Shown: one piece after another, positions 14,511 through 27,945 of the stretch
Position numbering within the stretch: position 1 is the stretch's first letter
How the letters are laid out: every line of letters starts with the position of its first letter
Assembly: GCF_036321535.1 (NCBI RefSeq)
Contig: NC_087437.1
Span: 102,736,001 to 102,800,000, forward strand
Origin: Camelus dromedarius
Taxonomy: Eukaryota
DNA length: 64,000 nt
Direction of reading: 5' to 3'
Made by a program: the position numbers and the translations under genes
The notes under the pieces: model-generated
What the model was told of the DNA's origin: nothing
Database searches by the model: none
Seen by the model: only the letters and a program-made list of their open reading frames with translations

Positions 14511-14569
14511 CAGCTTTCTATTTGAATCACAAGGTAATCTGGAAACAAGTGGTATGTGAGTATTGGGGC

Positions 14570-14596
14570 TGTGTGTGTGTGTGTGTGTGTGTGTGT
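14570..14596. repeat. (TG)n microsatellite
   Basis: Directly visible perfect TG run. Confidence 0.97.
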
Positions 14597-15069
14597 ATAA
14601 AGAGGTGGGTCAAGTCATATAAATTTCCCATCTATTGTAAAACTTAAAATAAATGGATTTTCTCTCCCATCTTTTTTGCAGTTCATTTTACAAGACATGC
14701 ATTATAAGCAAAAAAAAAAAAAAATTCTAGTTGTGATTTATTTGTAAAAGGAATCTGAATTCAACACAGATTTGACTTGGCTTTCCCACCATCCATATTT
14801 AGGGTACCATGTGATCAATACTCACTGATGTTCATAATGATGGCTCTAGGAGGGTATAAGATACTTAACCCTGGGGCCAAGATTTTACCTTAGTGCCAAA
14901 TTATGGAAATGTTAAGTCTAATGGACCCAATATTGTTTTCAGTTATTAATGCCCACATAAAGTATACAGAGCTTCATATGTAGAAGGTGAGTGTTGGCAA
15001 GCCTCTCCCACACTGATCATTCAGAGAGTAACGTAATCCTGCAACACCAACAGTATAGAAACCTAATAT

Positions 15070-15195
15070 ATAGAACGCTTGGTGATACAGAGAGCATTTT
15101 ACATGAATCATCTGATTGAATCCTCACAAGCAACCTAAGAGATGAGAATTAATTCTGATGATTAGCCCTAGTTTACAGGTTAGGAAACAGAGCGA
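15070..15195 (-). mobile_element. MIR SINE fragment
   Basis: GCATTTTACATGAATCATCTGATTGAATCCTCACAA...TTTACAGGTTAGGAAACAGAG matches the reverse MIR core. Confidence 0.7.
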
Positions 15196-16119
15196 GATGT
15201 CACTATTCTGAGACGGTCCTGGAAGGGGACGCTTTCCTTTATTCCTCAAGGGAGCCTCAATCCTTCATTCAGTGTCTGTTAAGCAGTAAACACCTAGAAA
15301 GTATTCTTTGAAGGGCTAAATAAATGAAGAGCTAAATAAACAAGACTTTCTTCCACATTTTCTGATTCTAAAGCCATTCTGTGTGCCAATAGCACAGATG
15401 TCTCCAACTGGGGAACTTTCATGGTATTTTAGTTGTGTACCACTTTTGGGCTTGCACTTGGCTTTATCCTTCCAGCTGCAATAAGTAATAACCAAATATA
15501 CGCCCTATAATGACTAAATGAATATCTATTTCTATGAAGTTGAGGAAACTAGAACCTGAATGCACTCTTATGAACCTGCTGTAAGTTCATACTGGAGCAA
15601 CCCCCAACCACTGATAAAATAAATCAGCGCTATGCACTTTAGAAGATGTATCTTGTCTGTGCAAACCCCCTTACCCAAACCCAGCCCCATGGGACTATGG
15701 ATTATATTCTAATAGTAAAAGATCAAAGGAAGAAAAATTAAAAGCTGACCTCAGCTGCCAGCTCCAAAAATTAATGTTCACACCCACCCACTCTCAAAAT
15801 GTGGCTTCAGCCTGGCAAAGAGAAATGGTGATCTCAGTGGAACCTTCACGATTAAAAGAATGCTATATTGTACGAGTTAATCAATAGCTTTCTAAGGAGA
15901 CGTTAAGTCATTCAGCTGAGTTCCAAACAGGATTTTTTTCCCATTAAAGTTTCAAGACAGGGGTTTGGTTTGGGGTTTGAATTGGAGTTTGTAAGTAAAA
16001 GTTGTATTTTCAGTGCAGTGTTTTATGGCTTTTGGCATTTGGAGGCTACTTTTGCTGATAATTGGGGTGGGGGAGGACGTGTATACTTCTTAATCTCCTT
16101 CACCTAATCCATCTCTCCA

Positions 16120-16315
16120 CCTATAAAATAAGTAAGTCATGGGAATATAATGTACACACAGGGAATATAGTTAATAATATTTCAAAAACTTTATATGGTA
16201 ATGGGTGGTCATTGGTCTTATCATTTCATAATGTATGAAACTATCAAATCTCTATATCACATATCTGAAACTAATGTAATATTATATATTAATTATAAGT
16301 CAAAAATATTTTTAA
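16120..16315 (+). mobile_element. LINE-1 3'UTR fragment (L1MA9-like)
   Basis: TATAAAATAAGTAAGTCATGGG...GGGAATATAGTTAATAATAT...CTGAAACTAATGTAATATTATAT. Confidence 0.8.
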
Positions 16316-16363
16316 AAGCTCTATTTGTTTAGGAAAAAAAAAAAAAGAAGAGGGATGCATCCT

Positions 16364-16578
16364 GGTGGGGGAGGGATAAATTAGGAGTATGAGATTAATG
16401 GACGCACACTACCGCATATAAAACAGTTAACAGCAAGGATTTGTTGCATAGCACACAGAAGTGTATTCGATATCTTGTAATAAACTATAATGGAAAAGAA
16501 TAGACTAAAGGAACATATATATATACACATATATATATGTATAACCAAATCACTTCGCCGTACATCTGAAACTAACAC

Positions 16579-16641
<63 letters not shown>

Positions 16642-16657
16642 AATTGGATTAAAAAAA
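16364..16657 (+). mobile_element. 5'-truncated cetartiodactyl-type LINE-1 3' end with (TAAA)n tail
   Basis: GGGAGGGATAAATTAGGAG...TATCTTGTAATAAACTATAATGGAAAAGAAT...CTGAAACTAACAC. Flanked by a degenerate 19-bp TSD: AAGAAGAGGGATGCATCCT (16345-16363) and AAGAGGAGAGATGCATTCT (16658-16676). Confidence 0.88.
16579..16642. repeat. (TAAA)n tetranucleotide microsatellite in the L1 tail
   Basis: About 16 perfect TAAA units. Confidence 0.97.
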
Positions 16658-19600
16658 AAGAGGAGAGATGCATTCTCAGTAATTAGGGGACAGTGGGAAG
16701 AATTGTTATTCATATTAAACCTGGTAGGTATGTTAATATGACCTGCACATGAGGAATTATGGCATTCAGATCAGGAATTAAATTCTTTGACACATTATAA
16801 TTATTCATTTATGTTCAGTTTAGTTTTGAGGAAAACTTCATTTTTTTAAATATTGCCATTCATTTTTACAAAATGTGAAATGATCTATAGCCCGATTCTC
16901 ATCCAGTGAATTCAGTGTCCATTTAAAGTGTCTTAATCTCCTTGTGCTAGGGGTGGATGGGGTTCTACTTCTATCTAAATGTTAAATTACACCAGAAGGG
17001 TGAGCTGTTCAATTCAGATGGGAGGAAGCTTCGTCATGAGTCTGTTTCCATGTGAAGGTAAGATAAGAAAAAGAACTTAAGATTTATTTTGATTTTGAGA
17101 AGTTTACAAATGTTACCCAGTTTAACTCTTGGGATAATGCCCTGTGAGATAAATATTGGTATTCCCTCTCTGCCTCTCTCTCTCCCCACCCTCCCAATTT
17201 TAATGTAAGTTCAGGAAAGTGAAACTCTGGGAAGTTAATTATGGAATCAATCATTACTCAAAGCTGTCTGTCTGATTCCAAAGCTATCAGTTCAATTTCC
17301 TCTATTGAAAAAAAATATGTTTTATCTTACTAGACCACTGTTCTGGGAGCCATTCCTTACAGGATGACTTTGAGAGAAATGGTCCAATATGCTTTGAGGG
17401 AGTAAGTCCCCTTAAATGACTTAAATTCTCCTCTTATGAAGAGGAGATGTAATGGATTAAATCAAGATGCAATGTTCTCTCAATAATAGATACACATATG
17501 GCTTCCCATTGTCTTAGCACATCTTAATTCAGGAAATGGAATATTCACTCCAAGATAATAATCAATACTATGAACTTGATTTAGAATAAAATCTTTCTCC
17601 CTTTGAGACCAGAGCTTGATTGATGGTGGGAGACTGCTGAGTGACACAGGCAGATTTGACAGTCAGCGTTTTACATTCAGCTTCCTTGCATTGATCTTCC
17701 TCTCTGCTCCCTCCTTCACGGAAGCTAACTGGCTGGCTTGTCTGTGCACCAGTATTAGGTGAATGGGGGTGAGAACTAGCAAGAGGACAGGAAGGATCTT
17801 TTCTGAATAGATGCCTTTATGAATTGACTTCACCTTCTCTGGAGCTGGCAAATGATTCTTTGAAAGTTTCCTGCTCAGGATCCTCTCTCCCACAGTTATC
17901 TCATTTTGGATGGAGGCATCTCCACATCCTTAATAAAGGTAGTCGCTTGCTTGCAGCAGTTCCCCTGGCTGTAGGTATCTGGTAGTTACCTGCAGCTTCT
18001 TCTGGCTGAGATTTCCCCACCCACCTGGTCAGCCTTCTTGGACACGACACAAAGCAATTGCTCACGATTGTCTTCCCCAACATCGCACACATCTGAATCA
18101 TGGGAAACACATATCCTTTGCCCCAGTACTCTGGAGAATAGAGCATCAGGTCAGTCCTACAGTTTTAGTAATCTCTAGGCTCTGCTCTGGGGAGACTCAT
18201 GGGCCAGAGTGACCCCAATGCACATAAAACAGCTGGAGCTCTGGAGAAGCCCTCTAGCCTTTAACCTTGAGCAGAAGGAAGGAGGGAGCAGAACTCACTT
18301 CTTTTTTATGGAAGGTGGGCCAGAACGAACAGCATATATTTCTGCAAAATATCCTCCTGAAACATTCATGCCTCTGATTTTTAAAATGTTATTTGAATGG
18401 GAAAGTCGTGTTCAAGAGTCACAAAATGAGTTTTTAAGCATGTCCTTTAAAACTCTGCACATGCTGATTTATTCATTTTGACTCTCGTAACAGGTATTGG
18501 CTCCTCAGTTAAAACTCAGGCTGGGAGGACCGAAGTCAAACATTATATTACCAGCACTTGATCATTTTCCTATTTGTCGAGAGACTACAGCCAGCCATAG
18601 TAACTTGGGTCATAAATAGGAAAAGCAAGTAGCAAATATATCTGATGCCTGCTTCATATTAATGTGAAGAACAATTAGATAGTAGATCTCAATATCAGCA
18701 GTAAATATTAAAACAGTGTGTAGGTCGGCAAAACAAAGAACACTTTGGGTATATTTAACAGGAGGGAATATAATGCTGCAAATGTTTAACTTACATAGAC
18801 CTGAAAGACACTGGCTTATTATCTCAACTTCCTGTGGAGCTAAAATGAGTAATCTGCTCATCTGGAAATAGATCGCGAAGTCTCACATCTAATGTACATA
18901 CCCTTCCACATGCCTATTTGCAGAACCCACTGAAGAATTATGGCTTTTCAGTGCTTTTAATCAGCAGAATCTAATCTAGAATCTTCCTAAAGGGATTGCC
19001 CTGGGTTCCCAGGGAAAAGTGTAGATGAGGATGGGAAAGGTGCTCAGTTACCAACAGACATTCCTACACAGAGATATACCTAGGATTTTCCTTGCTAGAG
19101 CTCACCAAAGATAAAATAGAAAATATTCTTAAAAATGGTAGCAGTGGTGAAACATTTATAAATCAGATCAGAAACATATGAAACATCAAATAAATATATG
19201 AACAAACAAGAAAACACCTGCAAAAAATAATGTCATGTTGTGACATGAAAGAATATAGAATTGAGTTCAAGGAAACTCTATGAACGTACGGTTTTCTGAG
19301 ATATAAGTGATGATGATGTTAAGCAACTGTTTTCCAAAAACATGTACGCTGATTAACCTATTGTCAAAGCACTTATTTATTTTCTAATAAAAGTAGTGAC
19401 CTTTAGAGAAAATGCATTATCATCACACTGATGTCTTACACATCTGAGATCTGATAAAGATGGGGGCCTTGTAACAGACTTTAACTCATCTTCTTTTGAC
19501 ATTTCTCATAGTCATCAAATACCTCGGAAAGGATCTCAAGTAAGAGGTAATAAAACTGCTTAGCAGAAAATGACATGAAAGCTTGTACCTTCATTCCACA

Positions 19601-19804
19601 GTGTGTGTGACAGGGTCACCCTCTCTAGACTAGCAACGCATAACAGATACTCTTCAAGGAGCCCCAGAGTGGCAGTCAACAAGGCAAAGGGACACCTTAT
19701 AATTTAGCACAGTGCACACTTCATTAACTGGATCACTAGGGGTATGCTTGGTAGCTACTCACACACATCAGAGTACAATCACAAAGTGTTTATTTTACAC
19801 AAAT

Positions 19805-19809
19805 ACACA

Positions 19810-19851
<42 letters not shown>
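19805..19851. repeat. (CA)n microsatellite
   Basis: CA run with one TA interruption. Confidence 0.97.
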
Positions 19852-19854
<3 letters not shown>

Positions 19855-20784
19855 CATCCCACATGGCATTTAGGAGTTGAGACATCCAGATTTTTAAAAG
19901 TTACTGCCCGGAAAGCTAGAACATTTTGTACTCTGTTAATCATAATATTACATCAAGAAGCTTGAATTGGCAAATATAAAGTCAAGTGTAATATATTATT
20001 TATGGCTTTTTCAGATTGGTGTAAGGACTTAGATTTCACCCAAGATTCTCATCATATCATTCTTCAAAAAATGTGAAATGAGCTTTCTTGAAAAATAAAA
20101 AAGGATAACTACTGTTATCCTTGTGTTTCACCGTAGATGTATCACTGGGATTGAAAAAACAATTGATTCTGATAGATCTTAAACATTTTGGCTAAGAGCT
20201 ATATTTTGCAACAGCGTGCATGCAGAATAACAAATATTGTAAGAGTTAGAAGAATAACTATTCTTTGCAACTATACTTTTAACAATAGAGAAAATGACCA
20301 AAAAGATGTTCCCAATTACTGTGTGCTTTCTAATTTTGTCCTCTTGTTTTACTCATCTCTTCTGTTTGGTTTTAGTTTCTGCAATTTACCTCCAGTTTGT
20401 CCTTTCTTTTCTTTATCAGCCAGGCCTTTGTGAAAGTGTTAGAATTTGTCGATGGTTAGTTACTCATACAAAGAGGCTTGCATTTGCCTGAAAGAACACT
20501 GAATATTAAAATTCAAGTTGTCAAGGAAAGCCTGCCACGCTGGCAGCTGATTAAATGTTGTTCGTGAACTCAGGCACCCTGTTCTCCTTTTGGTGCGTAA
20601 ACTGAGAACTTGCATCATTTATGAGATCAAGTATGATATTGACACATTCTGCACAACTGGACTCTGCAGCTCTTACAGAACTCCCTGTGTTCTCTTAAAG
20701 TCCAAGAGATAACAAACATAATCTTTTTATCTGAAGGACCTGTCTAAAGCCGATACAGAATCCACAATAGTAACACCCAAGGAC

Positions 20785-20850
20785 ACATTATTCAGTAAAT
20801 ATTCACTGAGTACCTATTCTACTCCAGACACAATGCTAAGATCTAGATGT
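20785..20850 (-). mobile_element. L2 3' end fragment
   Basis: ATTCAGTAAATATTCACTGAGTACCTATTCTACTCCAGACACAATGCTAAG matches the reverse L2 terminus. Confidence 0.65.
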
Positions 20851-21927
20851 AGTGTGGTCTAGAATAAGAGATGGTTTTAAGGAGTTTAGCATCTTGCCAT
20901 AAGTTTTCTCTAATGTTAATAAGTTTAACTGTTTTGACAAAGACCACAACCATCAGCATATGTCCATGAGTCAGCAATTCAGCATTAGTCACCCAGTCAT
21001 CCATTGCTTTGACCAATACTATCTTTTCCAATATCAGGTTTTAGAATAATCCAAACACAGTCTTCTCTTTTATAACGCGGGAGAGGCAGTGAATCACATG
21101 TCCTTTCGAGGGCTTTGAACTTGATCGCTGCACTTCTGTCTAACCACCTAAAAGTTCCTTGATTCTAAACACCAAGGGCCTTTTCTGTCACAAATACATC
21201 ATCCAGACCTGGCGTTGCGAGCTCAGGATCCATCATCTTTCCGTCTTGTGACTCAAACCTACTTAAGGATACATGAGAGAGTTTGGCCCTGTGCTAAATC
21301 AACGCTTCCTGACAAGGGAATGAATACATTCAGGGTTGGAAAGCTTTGTCAGCTCCCACCCAGCTTGTGTTGTAACAGAGACTAGCGGAGCCTTGTCAGC
21401 AGTTTCTGTGACCTAGGCCACTCAGATGTGACTGTACTCCCTCAGTTTATTTACAAGAAGGGACCATCCATACCAGGTAAGGTTATATTTACAATCAGAA
21501 ATTAAATCACCAAATATTGTCCAGGACCTGGGAAGGGAGAAATGGTGCTCATGGACGGGTGGTGTCGTCTGAAATGAAGAGCTGGGCAGCAGAGGCTCCA
21601 GGTGACAAAACCCTCCATTATTACAGCGAAGAGATGATGGCAGGACCCTTGAAGTTGCCAGGACTGAATATAAACCCTGCTCCGTAAGATTTCCGCAGCA
21701 CAGGAGATGCTTAAAAATCAGGTTTTTCTTTTCATAGGAAGACTTCCAAGGAGCTTAAACATCGGTCTAAAGGGATGTTTAGGTTATAGATGCAAGTGAT
21801 TGAAGTGAGAAAAAAGTGAAAGGCAGTTCTGTACACAAACATCGAAGGCTAATGTATAGATAATTGCTTCCATTATATAATTTCCGTTCCAAGTTACAGG
21901 TAAAATGTGGCCCCTGCTCTGTTGTCC

Positions 21928-22010
21928 TATATATGCATATATATGTACATACAGATATATATTCACACATATATGTATATGTACATACATATATATATGC
22001 ATTCATATGC
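21928..22010. repeat. Compound (TA)/(CA)/(TG) low-complexity repeat
   Basis: Alternating purine-pyrimidine tract TATATGCATATATATGTACATACA... Confidence 0.85.
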
Positions 22011-22879
22011 AACAATGCCCATATTTTAACATATTACCCATACCGACATCCCAGAATGTCACAAAATTGATCTATAATTGACTCAATTCTACATGAACAA
22101 TTGTAGTTGGATTTCAAAGACAAGACATGTTTTCATACCAGATGGCATTTTCATTTTATTAAGCACTCCAGTTCAGCCGCAATAGATCTGTACAATGTGT
22201 CTGGAGTTCAAAGTCAAGCTATTTCAGATTTTGTCTCTTTCCTTTTTCTGTGTTTTCGTTTTTTTTTTCTATAATGAACACATGTTCCTTTAGAATTAGA
22301 AACATAATTTAAGAACCTACAATGTTCTAAGCATTGTGCCAGACTCAAAGATGAAAAAGACACACATTTTCTGTCCTGAGGGAACTCATTATCAAAGGAG
22401 ATGTTTGACATTTTTAGGACTCCTCTTCGGTTCCCTTGCTGTTTGTGAGATTTTGTCTTTGTTTTGTTCTGGGTTTCTGGTTGGCTGACTTATCCAGCTT
22501 TACGAAGGCCTCTCTGTGTTTACCCTGAGTTGACCTCCAGCCGAACAATGGCAAAAAGAGAGGAAAAGCATGTTTTCATATATTGATAAAGATATGGTTC
22601 AGAGAAACAATGGCATACAGTTCCATTTGTGCCTCAGAAATATGAAATTGGGTTTCTATTTGTTGTTAAGCAGGAAGAGAATAGAGAGCTTTTGAGAGTG
22701 CTTTGCTCAATAAAAAAGAGATCATGACCCAAATCAAATAATGTCTCATATTTTCAAGAAAGCGGTTAGGCTTTTGAAATGTTAGCAGTAACTACATTTA
22801 TTGGTACCATCCAATGATTACCATTTTTGGGCTATGCTCTGCATGTGGACTCTGGGGTACCTAGGAGTAAAAATACTAG

Positions 22880-23200
22880 AATGTATTCTCAGAAGGATCA
22901 GGGGTCTGGACCTGATTGTATATACTTACTTCACAGACTGATGCGACTGGCCTGGGCATGCTTCCCAGTCACAGCTAATTTTTCAGAGCTCCTCAGATTC
23001 TTCTAACGTGGAGTCAAGGTTGAGAACCACAGGGCTAGAGCGGTGCCATTAAATTTGTAAGGTGCATGGAAATCCCCTGGACATGTTGCTAAAATGCAGA
23101 CCCTGATTTTGGAGGTACTGATTGGTCCTGGAAGTATGGACTTCTGCAAAATTCCTAGAGGACTCTGGTGCTGATGGTGTGTATACTACATGTTGGGTCG
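22880..23200 (+). mobile_element. Two adjacent MER5-type (hAT-Charlie) non-autonomous elements
   Basis: First copy ends CAAGGTTGAGAACCACAG. After GGCTAGAG a second copy follows with GGTGCATGGAAATCCCCTGG...TGCTAAAATGCAGA...GACTCTGGTGCTGATGGT. Confidence 0.65.
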
Positions 23201-26200
23201 TTAGGGGCCAGGAGACAGGGTGGCCAAGACTGCAGACTCAGCAAAATGGCCCAGTTTTAACCACGGCTATCATGCCCGATCTTCTGTTGAATTGTGTCAT
23301 ACAGAAACACTGAAATAGAAAATTTCCTATTGCAAATTTTTTGTGGTTGTTTTGCCAAAGGAGGTTTAAGATGCTTTGCCAAATTGGCTCACAGTTGTTT
23401 ATGTTATCTGCACTCATTTTATCTGCACTCATTTTTCTAAGATCCAGTGGTGAAAGAATATGCTTTTGAAATAAACACTCCTATGTATAAATTTTGGAAT
23501 ATATTATAAACCCCAAATATTGAATATGCTGTAAGGTAATAGTATAATGGGAATTGATTGATGCACCATAACAGAAGCACAGCCTGTTGAGGGACCATTA
23601 GGGAATACACTGCTTAAATAATCACTATAACGGAATCTTTACATGAAACATCAAAAAAAAAAATCACCAATCAGGATGTTGTCTACCGGTTTCTCTTTTA
23701 AAAATACACAACTCGCATTCATTTTTAACTGAATTTAAAGTTCTGAAGCATTTTAAACAGTTCTGTGAACAAATATTGGGCATAATATTATTTAACCCAG
23801 AATTTTGTCTTGTATTGATAGCTTCACAGTCAGAATTGTCAAATATATCAAAGCATCTGCTTTGGTTTCATATTATAAGACTATCTGTTTGGTTTAATAT
23901 AGAAAATAACAGATAAAAAATAGTTTATCTTCATCCATTTCTGAAAATATCTTTTTTTAAGTAGATTTATGTTTTCCTAGGAGCAAGACCAAGGTTCGTA
24001 TTTGTAGCATTTTGGCAAGTTCTTTTTATTGCTTGGTTATAACAAGATGTGCTTAGAAAAGTAGTGAAGTTTCATGCTATCCGTGCAGAATTCCTTCTTT
24101 AGTGGTGTGTGCAAAGCCATCTGTTCTCTTTAGAGTGGCAGCGATGACTTGTGTGGGACAGTGAGCACTTGTCAGAGCCTCTAAGATGGTCCTCTGCATA
24201 AATCATTATTCTGTTTTTCCGTCACCCAAGCAGTGAACCCTTTTTCGGCTGCATTTCTGGCTGCGGTTGGCACACACTGAGGGGATAGTGGCCGAGTCAA
24301 GCAGAGTTGCTTATTAAATTACTCATCTCACTTTTACAGAACAGCTGCTAAACCAAACTGGCTAAAATATCTTGGTAGTTATCCACAGCATATGTTTGAA
24401 TACAGATGCTCACTCTAAGCAGCTCAAAGCGCCAAGGCTGAGGCGGTTGATGAGTAAGTGTTCAGCTTTTAGATAGAAAGCAGAAGTTAAATGGGCATGT
24501 TGAGATGCTTCGCTTGCCCTGGTACTTTTCACTGAAGAATAAATCGTGGCAAACTGCCCACTAAGCTATCTTCTAACCCGAGCATGTAAAAAAAATGTTA
24601 ATGGAAACATTCATCTATTGCTTTTAATGATACATTGGCCCCATTTTATTTGATTAGTTTTTAAAATACAAAACACTCTTTAAGTGCTATTCAAATCAAG
24701 GCAAATCGTAGAGTGATGTGTTTATTCATTCAAGATGTGCAAAGGCATAAATCCCTACTATAATTTTTGTAGGATTTACCTTACTGAGGGCAGACAGTTC
24801 ACTACAGAGGACTCCTTAGTGAAGCCTGGTGCATTAATTTAATAACCGTCCTGAGCATGGCTTTGAGATATGGCAGTTTGCCTTCCAGGATTTGAAATCT
24901 GATCGCTAGCAAATCCTCATGAGTCATTTAATAATGCATCAGATTACAACAACTTTTAGACCTGACCAATCTTGATGGTGTTTCGACTAGTAACATAGAG
25001 GTGAAAGATTTTAAAACTCATTGCGAGCCCCCAATCAGGTGATTCTGACTTGTGGAAAGAAGCATCTTTTGGGTTTTGGGTCAATCTCTATTTAGTTCTT
25101 GAGTTGATTTTAGCTACAAAATGAAAGGTCAAGGAAACCTAACTTTCCATTTGAACTATTTCTTCCTGCATAAAGCATTTGTCTCAGTTAAAAATCATTA
25201 TGATTTTTAGCAAAGTAAGAAAATGCTAATGATTTTGCTGACCTACACGGTTTTAATTTGAGTTTGAATTCTCTTTCCTGAGTCCTTATTCAGATTTATA
25301 TTTCCTGATGCCAATTATATGACAGGCATTTGTTGAAAGGTCCTTATTTCTAACTCTTATGTATGCAAACGTGTCCAAAGCTACAGTAATTCCCTAGGCA
25401 GATTTAAGCCCATGCAATCTTTAATATATTCCTCGATTAGCTCAATAATTCATCACTTTTGTCCATATACTCAGTACCACATTTCCCCCCTCAATCCACA
25501 ATACCACTGCTAATTTAAACAAAATTCTGCATCTGACATACTTTTCATATGCAGATTCAGTTCATCCTCAATACTTCATATCAAGAGGAAGGGGGATAAA
25601 ATAAAGCTCAGGAAAATTTAAAAATAATCCATGACTGCATTACTCTTCAAAGGCATTGTTAAGCCATCCTTTGAAACATTGCTGGAAATCCCTCTGTGAA
25701 CAGTGGATTCATCACACGTGCAGGTTACTGAGATAACAGAATGTGTGGGAATGTGACCCTAATATTAGCAAGAAAGATCAAAGTAGAAAATTAGAGTGAC
25801 AATGGTCCATTTTTCTATTAAAATATTAAAAATAAGATCACTTTTAAGAAATAAAAATATGATCTGAATTGTTACAAAACAGTACATATGTGAGGTATAA
25901 AATGGCATAAAGCCCTGAAGTTTTTTTTTATTAATTAAATCATGCAATTTGGAAAATGCCATCTAAAAACATGAGGTTTCCAAAAGACTGCTTCACTGTT
26001 CTCATTTGTTAGGGCTGTTGAGGGACAGTGTACAGATATTTGTGAAGGAAGCACTTTCAAGTTTAAAAACAGCTAGAAATTGAAGGAAGTTTTCCTACTG
26101 TACACCTAACTATTCCTAAATGTTACATTGACATATGCTCAATGACTAAATGATGGGGTTGGGGACACATCACTTTCCCTATTTTTCTCTGAAGACCAGA

Positions 26201-27313
26201 GAAATGGCCACGCTGCCTATTCACGGTGTGCATTCAGCCTGTTCTTTGCATTTTTTGTTCTAACTCGTCTCTCAGTTTCTAAGGACTGTGCAATCCATCC
26301 TGGGATGCCTCAAGATTTATGCTTTATACAGTTATTTATTTCTCCCTTAAATTACACTCACCTGTGATTTTAAAACATTTTAAAAATAATACAAATGCAA
26401 AATAAAAAATTTCCCGTATGTTCTGTGCAACTTGTTTCTTCATAATTAAAATTCTTAAATCTTTGGATATCCACTATCTCTGTTTCCATGATAATTATTA
26501 TATGACTGCAAAAATAATTTTCCTAAAATTTACTGTATAATATTCCATTCTATAGGTACACCACAGGTTAAGTTATCCCTTTTCAGTTATTGCAGGTATT
26601 TTTCCATTTCTTTAAATTTTACATTTTAAAGTGGTAGAATTATGAACTATTAAGTGTCTAAATCTTCATCTGCATCTCCAGAATGACCTGTAAAGTTTCT
26701 TTTACAGCAGTTTATTTTTTCAAACTTTCATTGACTCTGTCATTGCAAAGATTAGCAATGAATTATTTCAGACAAATTAAATGTCTTTTCTTGAAACCTC
26801 AGCTTAACTGGCTTCTTTGGAACTGTTTCCACTCAGCCTGTCTTTTTGAATCTTCCTATTCTTCTGGTTTATATGAGAATATTCAGTGGTTAATATCTGC
26901 TATAAGTATGCATAGCTCATTTAGGTATAAGTATATGCGTCACCTACTTCTTTTCATCTCTTAAACTCAGAGGTTGCTCTCTATTTTAAAAGAAAGCAAA
27001 CAATATGATTCTGGCTATAATAAAGTATTGACTCAAAATCTTGTCACCCTAGAACTGTTTCTTTCCTAATAACCCCCTTCCTTATGTTGTCCACACTCTA
27101 GTATCTCTAGTGTGTAGTGTCTCTTATCAATACACACTCACGGTTAACCTATGGCATCTCCTTTATTCATTATCTTCTTATCTTCTGCCTTGCTTGACTA
27201 GTTTATTTCCCATTTTTATCTTACTTTTCTTTTTTAGGTCAAAACATATGGACAAAAATATGCATATATCATGCATAACATACAGCTTGATTAATGTTCA
27301 CAGTGGACACTCC

Positions 27314-27945
27314 TATAGCAGTAAGCTGGCTTCCAAGATCCCCACCTCCAGTGAACATGCTTTTTATAATCCTCTCCCCTTGAATGTGAGAAAGGCTTGT
27401 GAAGCTGACTGGATCCACTCCTTTGATTAGGTCATCGTAAAGCAGCAAAGCTGATGTTACCAAATCCAGTATAAGCTGACTTCAGTTCATCCAAAAGGAG
27501 ATTATCTGGGTGGGATAACTCAAACAAGTGACCCTTTATAGAGGGTTCAGACCTTCCCTGAAGGGAGATGCTTGAAGTCAGAGAGATTTTCCTGCTTTAA
27601 AGGGTCAAATAATCCCATTGCGTCAAGGCTGACGGGGGACCTGTGGGCAGCCTCTAGGAGCCAAGAGGAGACCCCAGCCAACAAACAACAAGAAACAAAG
27701 ACTCAGTGCTCCTTCTCCAAGGAATTGAATGGTGCTAATATGCACGTTACCTAGGCAGGGGACCCTGAGCTCCAGAAATGAACACAGTCCATTTCCACCC
27801 AGACTGCAGCCTTGTGAGACCTTGAGTGCAGACCCTGCTAAGCCATGCCTGGACTCCTAACCCACAGAAACTGATAACAAATCTATCTTGTTTTAAGTCA
27901 CTACATTTGTAGGAATTTATCACGCAGAAACAGAAGGCTAGTACA
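27314..27945 (+). mobile_element. MaLR solo LTR (MLT1E-like) nested in L1ME
   Basis: GATCCCCACCTCC...TATAATCCTCTCCCCTTGAATGTG...AAAAGGAGATTATC...GCAGCCTCTAGGAGC...GCAGCCTTGTGAGACC...CCCACAGAAACTG...TGTTTTAAGTCACTA...CTAGTACA. Confidence 0.88.

Noticed and set aside
16381..16713. 110-aa hydrophobic ORF with (FIYL)n
   Set aside because: It is the antisense translation of the (TAAA)n L1 tail.
23404..23433. 15-bp tandem duplication TTATCTGCACTCATT (similar ones at 5931-5960 and ~8507-8525)
   Set aside because: These are ordinary micro-duplications with no sign of function.
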